In this document: in pieces, positions 23,709 through 36,113 of the stretch
How the letters are laid out: every line of letters starts with the position of its first letter
Numbering within the stretch: the stretch's first letter is position 1
From: Camelus ferus
Lineage: Eukaryota
Length of the DNA stretch: 60,000 nucleotides
Assembly: GCF_009834535.1 (NCBI RefSeq)
Contig: NC_045697.1
Coordinates: forward strand, 27,654,001 to 27,714,000
Reading direction: 5' to 3'
Notes under the pieces: model-generated
What the model was told of the DNA's origin: nothing
Databases searched by the model: none
The model's input: only the letters and a program-made list of their open reading frames with translations
Translations under genes and position numbers: made by a program

Positions 23709-24075
23709 TGCTATAGACTGAAAGTTTTTGCCCCCCTCCCCCAAAATTCGTATCTTGAAATTTAATCCCCAGTGTGATGGTATTTGGAGGTGGAGCCTTT
23801 GGGAGGTGATTAGGTCATGAGGGTGGAGCCCTCATGAATGTGATTAGTGCCTTTAGAAAAGGGATCCCAGAGAGCTCCCTTGGCCCTTCTACCACCTGAA
23901 GACACAAGGAAAAGATGTGTATCTGTGAAGCAGGAGGTGGACCCTCATCAGACATAGACTTGACCAGGTACTTCATCTTGCACTTCCCAGCCTCCAGAAC
24001 TGTGAGTAACAAGTAAATGTTTATAAGCCACCCAATCTGCAGCACTCTGTTACAGCAGCTCAATGAACTAAGGCA
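23709..24075 (+). mobile_element. MaLR solo LTR (MLT1A/A0-like), full length
   Basis: tgctatagactgaa...ggtatttggaggtggagcctttgggaggtgattaggtcatgagggtggagccctcatgaat...aactaaggca; 5-bp TSD gaact. Confidence 0.92.
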
Positions 24076-24084
24076 GAACACTTT

Positions 24085-25130
24085 CTTGTTTTATTTTATT
24101 TATTTATTTTTCTTTTTTTTAATTGAGGTATAGTCAGTTACAACATGTCATTTCTGATGTACAGCAAAATGTCCCAGTCATGCGTATACATACATATATT
24201 GGTTTTAATATTCTTTTTCACTGAAGACCATTACAAGGTATTGAATATAGTTCCCTGTGCTATACAGAAGAAATTTGTTTTTAATCTTATTTTTATATAT
24301 AGCTGCTAACATTTGCAAATCTCAAACTCCCAAATTTATTCCTTCCCACCCCCTTTCCCCAGTAACCATAAGATTGTTTACTATGTCTGGGAGTCTGTTG
24401 ATGAGTTCATTCGTGTCTTCTTTTCTTCTTTTTTTTTAGATTCCACATATGAGTGATATCATATGGTATTTTTCTTTCTCTTTCTGGCTTACTTCACTTA
24501 GAATGACAAACTTTAGGTCTACCCATGTTGCTGCAAATGGTATTATTTTATTCTTTTTTATGGCTGAGTAGTAGTCCATTGTATATATATACCACAACTT
24601 CTTTATCCAATTATCTTTTGATGGACACTTAGGTTGCGTCCATGTCTTGGCTGTTGTAAATAGTGCTTCTGTGAACATTGGGGTACATGTATCTTTTTTT
24701 AGAATTAGAGTTCCCTCTGGATATATGCACAGGAGTGGGATTGCTGGATCATGTAGTAAGTCTATTTTTTATTTTTTAAGGACTTTCCGTACTGTTTTCC
24801 ATAATGGCTGTACCAAGCTACATTTCCACCAATGGTATAGGAGGGTTCCCTTTTCTCTCACATCCTCTCCAGCATTTATTGTTTGTGGACTTTTGAATGA
24901 TGGCCATTCTGACTGGTATGAAGTGATACCTCATTGTAGTTTTGATTTGCATTTCTCTGACAATTTGTGATAGTGAGCATTTTATCATGTGCCTCTTGGC
25001 CATTTGTATGTCTTCATTGGAGAGTTGCTTGTTTAAGTCTTCTGCCCATTTTTGGATTGGGTTGTTTGGGTTTTTTTTGTTTTGTTTTGTTATTAAGTTG
25101 TATGAGCTGTTTATACATTCTGGAAATTAA
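24085..25130 (-). mobile_element. 5'-truncated camelid-type LINE-1 (ORF2 C-terminus and 3' UTR, frameshifted)
   Basis: ORF 24436-24678 ([34 protein letters not shown]) and ORF 24818-25003 ([12 protein letters not shown]...KCWRGC) are L1 ORF2p C-terminal motifs; T-rich tail; TSD aaggcagaacacttt / aagacagaactcttt. Confidence 0.95.
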
Positions 25131-26149
25131 AAGACAGAACTCTTTAGAATAGCCCTGTGAGTCAATCAGAACTCTACCTCAGGCCCTAGGCCAAATCTCC
25201 TGGTAAGAAATAAATGAACCCAGAATTATGTTCAATAAAAGCTCTTGTCAAAAGCTCTATCAATAGATGGTTGAATCAGTAATTTCATAATGACTATTTT
25301 CAATAGGTCAAGACAGTTCAAAGTTAAATATTCTTCAAATGATATCTAACATTTGATGCTATTTAAAAAAAAAAAGGAAAGAAGAATGGAGGGGAAGATA
25401 GATAGAAGAGAGAGTAGGAAGAAGGAAGGGAGAAAAACGTAAAATTTCCACACTTTAATTCTTCAAGGTGGCTGCAAAGCAAAAATCATTTTCCCCCTGT
25501 AACTAACAGCAGGTATCTCATCACCATGGTTTCTGATAAGCAAAAGCATCACTGAGGCTGTATATTCTGGGACCTATGTGGGTAACAGCAACTTTCCTTG
25601 AAACACAACAAAGAATTTACTCTAGAATACAGAATCAGAATAGTAATATTTTTTGGTCACTTGCTAAGCAGAGTTGATTACCCAGCTACACTGCTGCACG
25701 GTGTTCCTTTCAAGGCAAGGATGAAGGGGAAGAAGATTTAAGCCCAGTATTGTCCCTAAGGTGTCTGAGACCTGCACAAGGTAGCAGGATTCACTTTTGG
25801 GTAGACCGGAATGTGAAGGCAGAGCCTGGGAAACACTGAACCTGCTCCTTTGAACTTCTCCTCCCTCCCTGGCCCACTGGGGTAAGTCACTCAACTGATC
25901 TGAGGCTTTCCTTCCTCTCCCATAAAGGGGAGGTTATAGTTCCTCCTCATGAGGGTTACACGTGCCCCCCAACAAAGCAGGCATCTGCTGTCTGTGTGTT
26001 TCCTTGCCCTGTCCCCTCTCACCTCCACTGCTCATCATTCCCACCTGGGGACGAGTATACTGCCTCCTCAGAGTAGATCTGGGAGTGGACAGCCAGGAAT
26101 GGATCGTGGATTTGGGGGTAAGACAGAGAGAGAAAGAGATGATCTCTTC

Positions 26150-26365
26150 TGACAGCTTATTGCTTGTGTGACTTTGGGCAAAATACTCAACTTACCCAAG
26201 GTCAGTTGTAGGTGTAATATGACGACAATAATGGTATCTGTCATAGGTTTTTTAAGGCTTAAATGATGTAACACATTTAAAATACTTGGTATGTATGCTC
26301 CATAAAGAGTGGATATCATTGTGTACTTAGCACAGAGTAAATGCTCAAAAATGAGAGCTATTATT
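26150..26365 (+). mobile_element. MIR SINE
   Basis: cttattgcttgtgtgactttgggcaaaatactcaactt...cacagagtaaatgctcaaaaatgagagctattatt. Confidence 0.8.
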
Positions 26366-26659
26366 TTGATTTATTCATGTAAAATTGAGTTACGGAGTTC
26401 TGATCATCTCCACCTCTTCAGGAGTACCATGTCATTTTTTAAGACCCTGTGACCAGCAGCAAACTCTTTGTATCAACTGGTATGTGTCCCAGGGAATAGC
26501 CAATCAGAGCTGTCATTCTGACCTGGTGTGGGATTTCCCTCACTGCTGGGAGAACCGGGGTAAGAGGTGAGAGGAAGGCTTACTGGAGCAGGTGAAACTT
26601 CCTGCCTGAAGCAAGGATCTACGATAGCAGCCAAAGGAAATTAGTAGGTGTGTTTTTCT

Positions 26660-26960
26660 ATTCATTCATTTGTCCGTTAATTCAGTTAATATGTATTGAG
26701 CACCTACAAGTTATTTTTGAGATTCTGAATAAAGCATAGAACAGACATGGGTTTGTCTCCATGGATTTTATCATCTAGTTGGAGAGACAGATAATAAATA
26801 AGAAGGAAATTGAATAAGCCTATAATTACCAATTGTTAGGTGCCGGGATGGAAAAGAATGGGGTGTTCTGGGAAAATGATAGGAGTGGACAAATTTAGTT
26901 CAAAGCACAGGGAAGACCTGTCTGAACAGGTGCCCTTGGAACCGGCAGGAAGAGGAGGAG
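26660..26960 (-). mobile_element. L2 3' region
   Basis: attcattcatttg...atatgtattgagcacctac...tctagttggagagacagataataa...agggaagacctgtctga. Confidence 0.75.
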
Positions 26961-27816
26961 CTGGCCAGGGGCGGCGGCCCACCCACTTCCTGCCCTTCGG
27001 CCTGCGCGTGGTCCCCACCTTGGTCTTCCCGCATCCTTCCCTCAGCCCTGTGCTGGGTGCTAGGAACACAGGCGAGGAAGCCAAAACTGCTCCCCTGGGG
27101 CATGAGGGTGGGCACACAGGCCAGCAGGTGTCGACAAAAGAGTGGCAGCAGGGAGGCTGCTAATAATACTGGGGTGTCCACCCTAGGACCGTTCTTGAAT
27201 TTTACTGATTAAAGTCTCATCGTGTGTGAGGACAGATTGCAGTGGTAGTGGTATTGGGAGGGGAGGAAAGAGATGAGGGTGGATGCTTCTTCCCACGCTC
27301 GGGCCCCTCAGAGTAAGAAGGCTGAGCCCTGGCTTCCAGAGCCTCACTGAGTTGCTGCTCTCAAATCCGTCCATCACTGATGGGGAGACGGTTTAAAGGA
27401 CAAACACAGTCCAGCATTCTCACTGGGTTTGGGGTGAGGGTGGAGACCACAGTTGCCCTCCTGAGGCAGCAGGCATTTCAGGACACGTAATTTCATATGT
27501 GGAAAACGAAGAGCAATTCTAATCCTTGTGTAATAAAGAGCCATCTATTCTTTAAACAAATATTTATTGAGCAGCTACAACGTGCCAGCACATCTTCATT
27601 ACCGAGCATGTAACAGGGAACAAATCAGGTAAAAATGTTTGCTGCCAGAAGAAAGCTTGATATATTCTTGGATGTTCCAAAAAAGTCTCTGGAAGGATTA
27701 AATGAACAAGGCATATGACCAGCACCGAGGGCCCTACCAGGAACTGGGTGCACGGCGGTGCAGTGCTGAACACAACAGATGTGGGTGCTGCACTTCTTGA
27801 AACTTAGAGCCAACAT

Positions 27817-27993
27817 CAAGATTTCTCAAAACAGCCCTTTTGGACAGTGGATCACCTGGTATGATTATGAATGCGGATTTCCAGCACCTCCCCAAGCCTG
27901 CTATCGACCCTCTTGAGGAGAGACCCCAGAATCTGCATTCTAAGTGAGCCTGCGCAAATAATTCTTCTGCCCACCCCGATTTGAGAAGCGCTG
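27817..27993. mobile_element. MER5A/B-like MITE
   Basis: atttctcaaa...gatcacctgg...aatgcggatttcc...cccagaatctgcattctaa...tttgagaagcgctg. Confidence 0.7.
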
Positions 27994-29388
27994 GTGCAGG
28001 ATTTCTTGGTAGACTTCACTCCTGCCCTGTGTGCAAATGTGAACATTTTCTGCTTTTTTCACCAAAGTATAGCATTGATCCTAATTCTATTGATGCTTTA
28101 GGATAAAGATTGATTTTGCAGTGACAGTAATGTAGATCAAATAAGGATGTGAGATTTTTATATTTATCAAAAGGGAGACGGAGTCAGTTGAAATCTTCCA
28201 TATACCTGAGTAAACAGAAACTCAGATGCTAAAAGACTTGCTCAAGGTCACATATCAAGATGGAAGTTGCCCTGACCCTGAGCTGAGACCTTTCTACCAC
28301 TCCTGTACAAGGCACTTGGTCTTGACTACAGGACAGACTGAGTAGCTCCTATTCTCAGCTCTTAGGACCAGACATGTATATTCCTCTTGTTGGATGGGAC
28401 GCAGCCCCTATTCCCAGGGCTCCAGCACAAGTTCCAAGAGATAAGGAGCCAGGAGAGTCCATATTATCCCTAGGCTAGGGCTACTGCCAGCTGTCTCCGA
28501 GGCTGGGCTGATCCTATTAAGGGTGCTGGATCATTTGAAGTCAATGGGCTTTTTAAAAACAGACTTCCTGAAGTGAAGAATAATTATTTTCGTATGTGAA
28601 CCTGGAAAAATCTAGGTAGTAACGACAGTGAACAATTGCAGGTTGAAAAACCAAATTTTCTAGCTGCCCAAAGGATTTCAAGATCCTCTCATATTTTCCA
28701 CGCATTTCCACCACAAAAGAGTTTAAGGCAAGGCAAGGCAACCAAGATAGAAGAAATGACAGTTTAAATTTGCTACAATACAACATGGACCCCAGATTTG
28801 TTAACATGTAATGACTCTAAGAGCACTCTGCCCTCTTAGGCTCCTGGAACTGCAGCAGGCTCTTGAAAATTAAAGGTGTGTGTGTGTACTGAGCTCTATG
28901 ATGAATATTTAATGACCATGCCTGCATAAATGAAATGGCTATTTATCCTTATCTGATTTAGAATTGTCAGACAATTCAAGCCAAATGATTTTCTCAGGTC
29001 TGATTGCCTCAACTGACTTCCTGCATTGATCAAATAAACTCCATCACTGTCTGTTCTCACTTGTGTTCTGTGATTTATGGGCAGAGCCAGAAGGTACCCT
29101 ATCCACCTGTATCCTAACAGGAAATTAACTTTTATCTGGACAGTTATTCTTTGCTTTCCTCTTCGTTACTCTCATCAAACTTGGTCCCTTGGGTTCTGTC
29201 CTGTCCACCCCATTGGGTAACCATAGTTGCAGATGACAGGAAATAAGGTTTATTTTTCTATCTTTTTTCCCTGTAATGAAGAACTCTAATTGAAACCCAC
29301 TCTTCTATCTAACAACAGTTTTAAGACATCATTTACATATATACAATCTCGGTAATTCTCACATCACTCCTTCCTTTGCAAAGAACAA

Positions 29389-29409
29389 ACACACACACAC
29401 ACACACACA
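29389..29409 (+). repeat. (CA)n microsatellite
   Basis: About 10 CA units read directly. Confidence 0.9.
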
Positions 29410-29617
29410 ACTCAAGATACTTCAGTGAGTCTGTGATCAATGGAGATAGGCTTCAATTTCCACCATTTACTCGGAGAGCTTTTCAGACAACCTAACATAA
29501 ATATTGTGCTATGGGAGGTACAAATAGAAACACCTGAAGGATGAGACAGGCGACAGAAAGGAGTGGGCTGGCCCGGGGAGAGGAAGCAGCGACTAGTGGG
29601 GACACAGGCTCTCAAGG

Positions 29618-29809
29618 CAACGCTGGCTGGTAGAACTGTTTGTGATGATAACTATGGTCTAAACGTGTGCTGTCCAGTATGGTAGATACCAGCTACAGGG
29701 AGCTATTGAACACATGAAATGTGGCTACTGGAACTGAGGAAGTGAACTTCTAATTTAATTTTAATTATAAGAGACAAGTGGCTAGTAGCTAGCCTGAGGG
29801 ACAGCGCAG
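29618..29809. mobile_element. MER3 hAT-Charlie MITE
   Basis: tagaactgtttgtgatgat...gtgctgtccagtatggtag...tgaaatgtggctactggaactgagga...ggacagcgcag. Confidence 0.85.
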
Positions 29810-29829
29810 GAGGGTCCCCCGCTCATTGG

Positions 29830-30805
29830 CGCTGACCAATTGCTGCCATGTCTGAGTGCAGACTCAGAAGTGCCAGGTCTACTGATTTATCTAGAGAACT
29901 GGAAATCCCAATTTTTATGGGTATGTCTTAATTTTTTTAACTGAAGTATAGTTGATCTACAATGTTGTGTTAGTTTCTGGTATACAGCACAGTGACTCAG
30001 TTATACATATATGTATTCTTTTTCAGATTCCTTTTCATTATAGGTTATTATAGGATATTGGGATATAATTCCCTGTACTATACAGTAGGACTTGTTTATC
30101 TGTTTTATATATAGCAGTGTGTATCTGCAAATTCCAAACGCCTTATTTATTCCTGCCCCCTTACCCCTTTGATAACTATAAGTCTGTTTTCTATGTCTAT
30201 GAGTCTGTGTCTGTTTTGTAAATAAGTTCATTTGTGTCATTTTTTAAGACTCCATATATAAGTGATTTATGATACTTGTCTTTCTCTGTCTGACTTCACT
30301 TAGTATGATAATCTCTAGGTCCATCCGTGTTGCTGCAAATGGCATTATTTTGTTGTTTTTATGGCTGAGTGGTATTCCATCATATATATACCACAACTTC
30401 TTTATCCAATCATCTGTCAATGGACATTTAGGTTGCTTCCATGTCTTGGCTATTATAAATTGTGCTGCTGTGAACATTGGGGTGCATTTGTCTTTTTTTA
30501 GAATTAGAGTTTTTTTCTGGATATATGCCTAGGAGTGGGATTGCTGGATCATATGGTAAGTCTATTTTGAATTTTTTTCAGGAATCTGCATATTGTTTTC
30601 CATAATGGCTGCACCAAACTACACTCCCACCAGCAATGAAGGAGGGTTCCCTTTTCTCCACACCCTCACCAGTGTTTATTATTTGTGGACTTTTTAATGA
30701 TGGCCAATCTGGGGACTGTCTTAATTTTTTAAATGCCGGAGCAGTCAAAGCAAACATCCATAGTTCAGTTTTGGCCAATAAGCATCTAGTTTGCTATTCT
30801 AGACC
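29830..30805. mobile_element. MER103C-like hAT element split by an L1 insertion
   Basis: gtgccaggtctactgatttatctagagaactggaaatcccaatttttatg resumes after the L1 as ttttttaaatgcc...caaacatcc...agtttg. Confidence 0.55.
29938..30716 (-). mobile_element. 5'-truncated cetartiodactyl/camelid LINE-1 with perfect TSD
   Basis: ORF 30244-30477 ([23 protein letters not shown]) is the L1 ORF2p C-terminus; TSD tgtcttaatttttt at 29924-29937 and 30717-30730. Confidence 0.95.
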
Positions 30806-31198
30806 AGTTCTCCGCACCCTGGTCCTTCCTGGTTTCTGCTCCTTCACTCCTGCTGGAGAGTGCTACCACAGTCTGCCTTCCTCAGCCAGTGCAACTTGAG
30901 TCTTTGTTCTCCCAGCCTGTGAGGTCAGGACGGCTCCCACATCATACCTCCTTTGACTCTGACCTCCCTCTTCCGAATTCTTCCTTGACTTCACTTCAGA
31001 AATGCACCCTCACTAACAGGAAGAGTAGACCCACTTACTTCTATTATCATGGATCCCTCTTAACATTCCCTGTAGAATCACCTGTATAGAATTCCCCTAA
31101 CACTTTTAGAACCTCAGAAATTGTCGTTTTTGCCGTGTAGTTTAAGTTCTCAGGAGGTAGAGAAAATGTCTGTGGTGGGTTGCTTCTATTCTATAGGG

Positions 31199-31444
31199 CA
31201 GTATTTCTCAAACTTATTTTGGAAGGTAATACAATAGTCAGAGCTACATTTTACGTTGCACCTTAGTCTGCACATTCTGTAAATACACACACATTTAGGA
31301 AAATTTCATAAAACTTTATTGTTACTCTGTGTCATGCATTCTGATATTTCCTATTCTCCTCTACCTTCTAATGTTTTTTTAATTTCTTCTAACACGGACG
31401 TTTGAGTCCACCAGCAGGTCCCTGTCCATAGTTTGAAAATATTG
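31199..31444. mobile_element. Charlie4-like hAT remnant
   Basis: cagtatttctcaaact...catgcattctgatatttcctattct...catagtttgaaaatattg. Confidence 0.55.
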
Positions 31445-32227
31445 TATGAAGAGTCCAGCCCATGTTCTATAAGCAAAAGTATTCATTGACTAATCTAAAT
31501 GTTTTTCGTCACTCCCTCCAACAATTCTCAACTTCCTCCTGCCTCCCTGATATACATCCCATCAGCGGGAGTGAACCAGAGACCAACACCAATGGAATTA
31601 TTCTCCAATATGCTGGAGGGTCTTTGTAGTCTCCACTTAAAGAACCTCAGTAGACTCAGATTGTTCTTCATGGGGTGTGATTTACATTTTTTTTAAAAAA
31701 AAAGGAGAAAGAAAAGAAAAGAAAGAAAGATCAAACAGCTATTTTCCCTGCATAATATATTACTTCCTACAATTCATCAAAATTCTTTTCATGGGTAAAG
31801 GTCACCTTTCATTTATGCATGGCATCTGAGTGTATTTTGTTGAAAAGGGTGTGGCTCTCAAAACACAGATCAGGCCCCGCATGTTGATGAAACAACCCCT
31901 GAAAACCTATGAGAGGGCAGTGATAGGAGTAACGAGGTGAAAAGAGGCCCACATACCATCAGACTTCCCAGGACAATGAACTCAGCCCGCCTGGCTTTGC
32001 CTTGAAAAGGGGAAGATGCAAATAACATACCGGAGCAGGATTACAGAACTCCGCGTGCATTTGCTATGAGTCACAATACTTTTCATAAAGTACTTTTAAA
32101 ACAAAAACAAAGCACTTGTGTCTAACATAAAGAGAGACAAAATTGGTGTTAGTCCTGGAAACATTGAACTGACTCATCAGAAAGTCTTAAGAGCAAAAAA
32201 TTCATGGCCATTTTTTTTCCTCCTGAT

Positions 32228-32475
32228 GTAATGGCTAACAGTCCAGATACAGGATCTGATTGACTAGATTTGAATCCCGACCCCCCTGCTTACCAGACGT
32301 GTGTGATTTTGTGCAAGTGACTTACTTTCAGTGCCACCATTTCCCCGACGACACAATGTGAAGACTCCCAGCACCACCCTCAGCAGGTTGTCCTAGGCAC
32401 TGAATTAGTTCGTATTTGGAAAGCACTGAGCACTGGCGCCTTGGGTATAGTAAGTGCAATACAAATGCTTGTTCA
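32228..32475 (+). mobile_element. MIR SINE, near full length
   Basis: gtaatggctaa...tttgaatccc...gtgtgattttgtgcaagtgactta...aaagcactgagcac...atagtaagtgcaatacaaatg. Confidence 0.85.
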
Positions 32476-33799
32476 ACAAATGGTCTAAGAGAAGATTAAA
32501 ACATATCAACCCTTCTGTTCTCCAACTTCAGGGCAGGAGAAATAGACATTTAAAAAGTGAAACTGAAGAAGTCACGTTACTTGCTGTCCTGTTTGCTCAT
32601 CTGCACACGGGCTCGATAACCAAGGTGACGATGTTTAAATGCCATCCTCTGTGAAAAATACAAGCCTTTAAAAAAGAAGAAGACGAATGAGGAATAATAT
32701 CTCAGTCCTTAAGCCAAGATGGAAAAGGGAACTGTGTGAAAAACATGAAACAGAGCTGCTTGTGATACCTAAAGACCAGACACGGCAGAGAGACCACCCA
32801 GTGTCAGCCGAATTAAAAAGACCTGGGTAAGCTGAAAACCCCAACCCCGGGGAACATCACCAAACCAGACACAATTTGGAAGGACAATTAAAAGCCACAC
32901 GGGCAAAATTTGTTTTAAACAAATTCTCTGAGTAGAGCTTACAGAATGAATGATTATATGTGCAGAAGTCAACTGAAAGGGGTAAAATGAAAAACCACAA
33001 GGCGGGAGGGTTCCATCTAAGTGTGGTCCCAGTGAATTCTCTGGAGAGCTAAGAAATGCGTCTTACTGTGAGACGTGCCCTTTAAAATAATAAAAACAGA
33101 AATGAACGAGGGACTCTGGATTATTGAAAAACACCCTGCAATGCTTTGTTCTTGGTTTCCTAGAAATTGAATATGGAAGCTTTATGCGGGTGTGTGTTTG
33201 TAGACATGTGAATGTGTGTGCATACCCACAAAATGTTTCTATATTCAATATATTTATCCTCAACATATAAATACATATGTACATGTAAAGAAATACCTCC
33301 TTTAAAAAAAAATGTCTTAAGTGACACTAAGAGGTGAAAAGTTCATCCAGAACCAACTGACTATAGGCATTAAACTAAACAAAACCCACACTCTAGAAAA
33401 CATAGAAATGATTACAACTTTGAGCATAAGGCGCAGTCTCCTAAAGATAACTGGCTCAGACAGTTACAAAAATGGCCTGAGCCTGAAACACAGGCCTCTG
33501 AGCTTGAGCAGCGAGCATCGTGGGTCACAGGGAGCCACTCTGACGTCAGTAACAGCCTTGTGTAAAGAGAACGGAGGAAACACAGCCTCGGACTGTGCAT
33601 GGGAGGGCCTTCATTTCTCGGGCTGCACTTTGCCCTCATCCCGTGTGTGCTGCTCCCACTGACCATGGCAGCAGGGTGGGGCTGGGACAGATGGTTGCAG
33701 GTGGCTTCTGGCCTGTGAAGTTCAACTCTGCACTCAGCGTCGGTTGTGGAAGGAAAGGAAGTTTACTTTTAGGGTCACTGCTGGTTTTGTTTTTTGTCT

Positions 33800-33935
33800 A
33801 TTTTCTTCTTCCCCCACCTTTCCTCCTGCATCCCTCAAATCTCAGGCTGCTTCCTTCTTTCCTTCCTTCCTTCCCTCCCTCTTTTCTGTAAACATCTCTT
33901 TCCATTTTTGCAGTCCCCCCCCCCTCCCCCCCGTC
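33800..33935 (+). repeat. Pyrimidine-rich low complexity, (CTTC)n and poly-C
   Basis: ttccttctttccttccttccttccctccc...cccccccccctccccccc. Confidence 0.8.
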
Positions 33936-34059
33936 TCTGTTGGTGTCTTCAGGCCTGGTAGCGCACTTGCCTCTTTCCAGTTCTCCCTTCTTGGTCTCCA
34001 TTTCTCTTCTCAGTCCCCAGCTGCTGCTCACCCCCTCCCACAGGTAGGTTCTGCAGAAC

Positions 34060-34347
34060 CATCCCTTAGCTTGTGGTCCCTCCACCTCCAAAGCTGGTGG
34101 AATCTTACTCAAGCTGCATCTCTCCGACATTCTGCTTCTGTCATCACTCTCCTTCCCTGACTCTCGATTTTTGAGGACCCTTGGGATTCTATGGGCCCAC
34201 TCAAATAGTCCAGGATAATCTTCACCTCTCAAGGTTCTTAATTTAATCGTGGCTGCCTGTTCTTTTGGCCATAAAAGTAACATAGTACAGGTTCTGGGAA
34301 TTAAGGTGTGGACATTTTGGGGGGAGGTCATTATTCTGCCTACCATA
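34060..34347 (-). mobile_element. MaLR LTR (MLT1D-like), partial
   Basis: tgggcccactcaaatagtccaggataatct...caggttctgggaattaaggtgtggacattttggggggaggtcattattctgcctacca. Confidence 0.85.
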
Positions 34348-34729
34348 GGGCTCATAAAATGTTCCAATTTCTTTTAAAACCACAAAGAAAAAAAAATTTT
34401 AGGTAGAAGAAAATGGTTTAATATAGAATATTAATATATTTGTCTTTATACCAATGAAACGAGATGTAATTTTTAATATTATAGAGGAAATGGGCCCCCA
34501 AATAAAAAGTGCTTGTCCCAGTGAAGCATACAGGTCCATTCCTGCAATGTGGCCAAAGCCACATCTGTGACAAGGGTGTTGCAGTGGAGAGTACACACCT
34601 CGGAATCGCAGGAGGCAGTCCCTGGTCCTAGCACTACCATTAATAATTCATCTCGGCCAAGTTTTTATCAAAGAAATAATGGGCTGATTAAAAAAAAAGC
34701 TGACTAGCATCCTCTGGGACGCCAGAGTG

Positions 34730-34960
34730 CTTACAGTAGGGGGTCTGTAGCCAGAGAGAACTGGATTCGCATTATGCCTCGTTCACACACACCTGTGTGA
34801 CCTTGTAAATTACTTGACCTTCACAAGCATCAGTCTCCTCATCCAGGATAATACCAGCGAGGAGTCACAAGATTAACATGAATAAGTGGGATAAGGCACA
34901 CAAAGCACTTCTCACAGTGCCAGGTACGCAGGAAACACTTAAGAAGTGGCTGCTATTCTT
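34730..34960 (+). mobile_element. MIR SINE
   Basis: ctgtgtgaccttgtaaattacttgacc...catcagtctcctcatc...aaagcacttctcacagtgccagg. Confidence 0.8.
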
Positions 34961-35327
34961 GTTACTATTTTCGTTACTTTTATTATTACTATGGCCATAA
35001 TTAAATAATAGTTATTATCATTTTTAATCCATATAGTTCAAAATCAGATACTCTGCTTCAAGCAATTTTTAGTTTGTAAAAACAAAAATCCGTGGGGTTA
35101 AGAACCTAGAGGGTCCACATGTAGGAGCTGGATCATTTGTCTCTAGCAATAATATGGACTCAAAAAAGGTAAACTGTCCCTAGCAGACTGAGCATTGGCC
35201 CGCCTTACTCTTTGGTGTGCAGTGCCTGAATCTGATGCTTCTGTCAGGCCAGTGGATGTTTTAGTGTGGAAAACAAGAAAAAAATAGAGCCAACCTTCTT
35301 TCAAGACACTCGTTCTCATGTCTAGAG

Positions 35328-35526
35328 TTACGTTGTCCAATATGGCAGCCACTACCGATACGTGGTTACTTAAACTTAAATGAATTAAAATTAAAAATCC
35401 AGGTCCTCAATCACACTGGTACATTTTAAATATTAAAAAAGCCACATGTGGCTAGTGGCTGCCAGATTGAATAGTGCAGGTGTAGAATTTTTCCATCATC
35501 ACAGAAAGTTCTATTGGATGGTGCTG
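35328..35526. mobile_element. MER3 hAT-Charlie MITE
   Basis: gttgtccaatatggcagccacta...gccacatgtggctagtggct...tccatcatcacagaaagttctattggatggtgctg. Confidence 0.9.
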
Positions 35527-35899
35527 ACCTAGTCTAGAGTATTTGTTGCCCTAAAAACCTATGTAAATAAATCCAGTTACTGTCCAACTTAAAACTATAA
35601 AACTAGGCAATCTAGTGGATCACGGGTCTTAGATCATAAGTCTTAGAAATACTAAGATTGATCCCTTCCTCCATTTCAATTAGGTGCTTTAGTCCTTTAT
35701 TATAGGTCTTCTACAGGCACTCATAGGGATCCATGTTAGCATGTTTGAATGAATTCTGTGGTTATGGCTATAACAAATAATGCTTGCCCCCACCTCCATG
35801 TGCACCCAGGTAATTTAAGGGAAAACAAAACAAAAAGAGTAAGCAAATATGGCAAACTAAATGTTTTAACCAAAAGGTTGGATTATTTAAATTTTCATT

Positions 35900-36113
35900 A
35901 GTCTTGGCTTTGAAACATTTTATTACAACTCACAGGAAGAAATATATTTTGTGTTGTAACTAGTGCAAGCACACACAAACACAACTGAAACAAAAGTTTC
36001 ATCAAATAATACTATCCCTCACTACAGGTGGTATATTCTTTTAGTGCTGGTTATCCACTACACTGATTTCATGACTCACAAAGGGGTCATAATCTGTAGT
36101 TTGAAAACCACTG
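35900..36113. mobile_element. Charlie4-like hAT remnant
   Basis: ccactacactgatttcatgactcacaaaggggtcataatctgtagtttgaaaaccactg. Confidence 0.65.

Noticed and set aside
24436..25003. L1 ORF2-like ORFs as functional genes (also 30244-30477 and 47035-47737)
   Set aside because: Truncated, frameshifted or stop-interrupted retrotransposon remnants
33798..34367. Longest ORF (189 aa, minus strand) and the overlapping 138-aa plus-strand ORF
   Set aside because: They run through an MLT1D-like LTR and a purine/pyrimidine low-complexity tract; chance open frames with no domain
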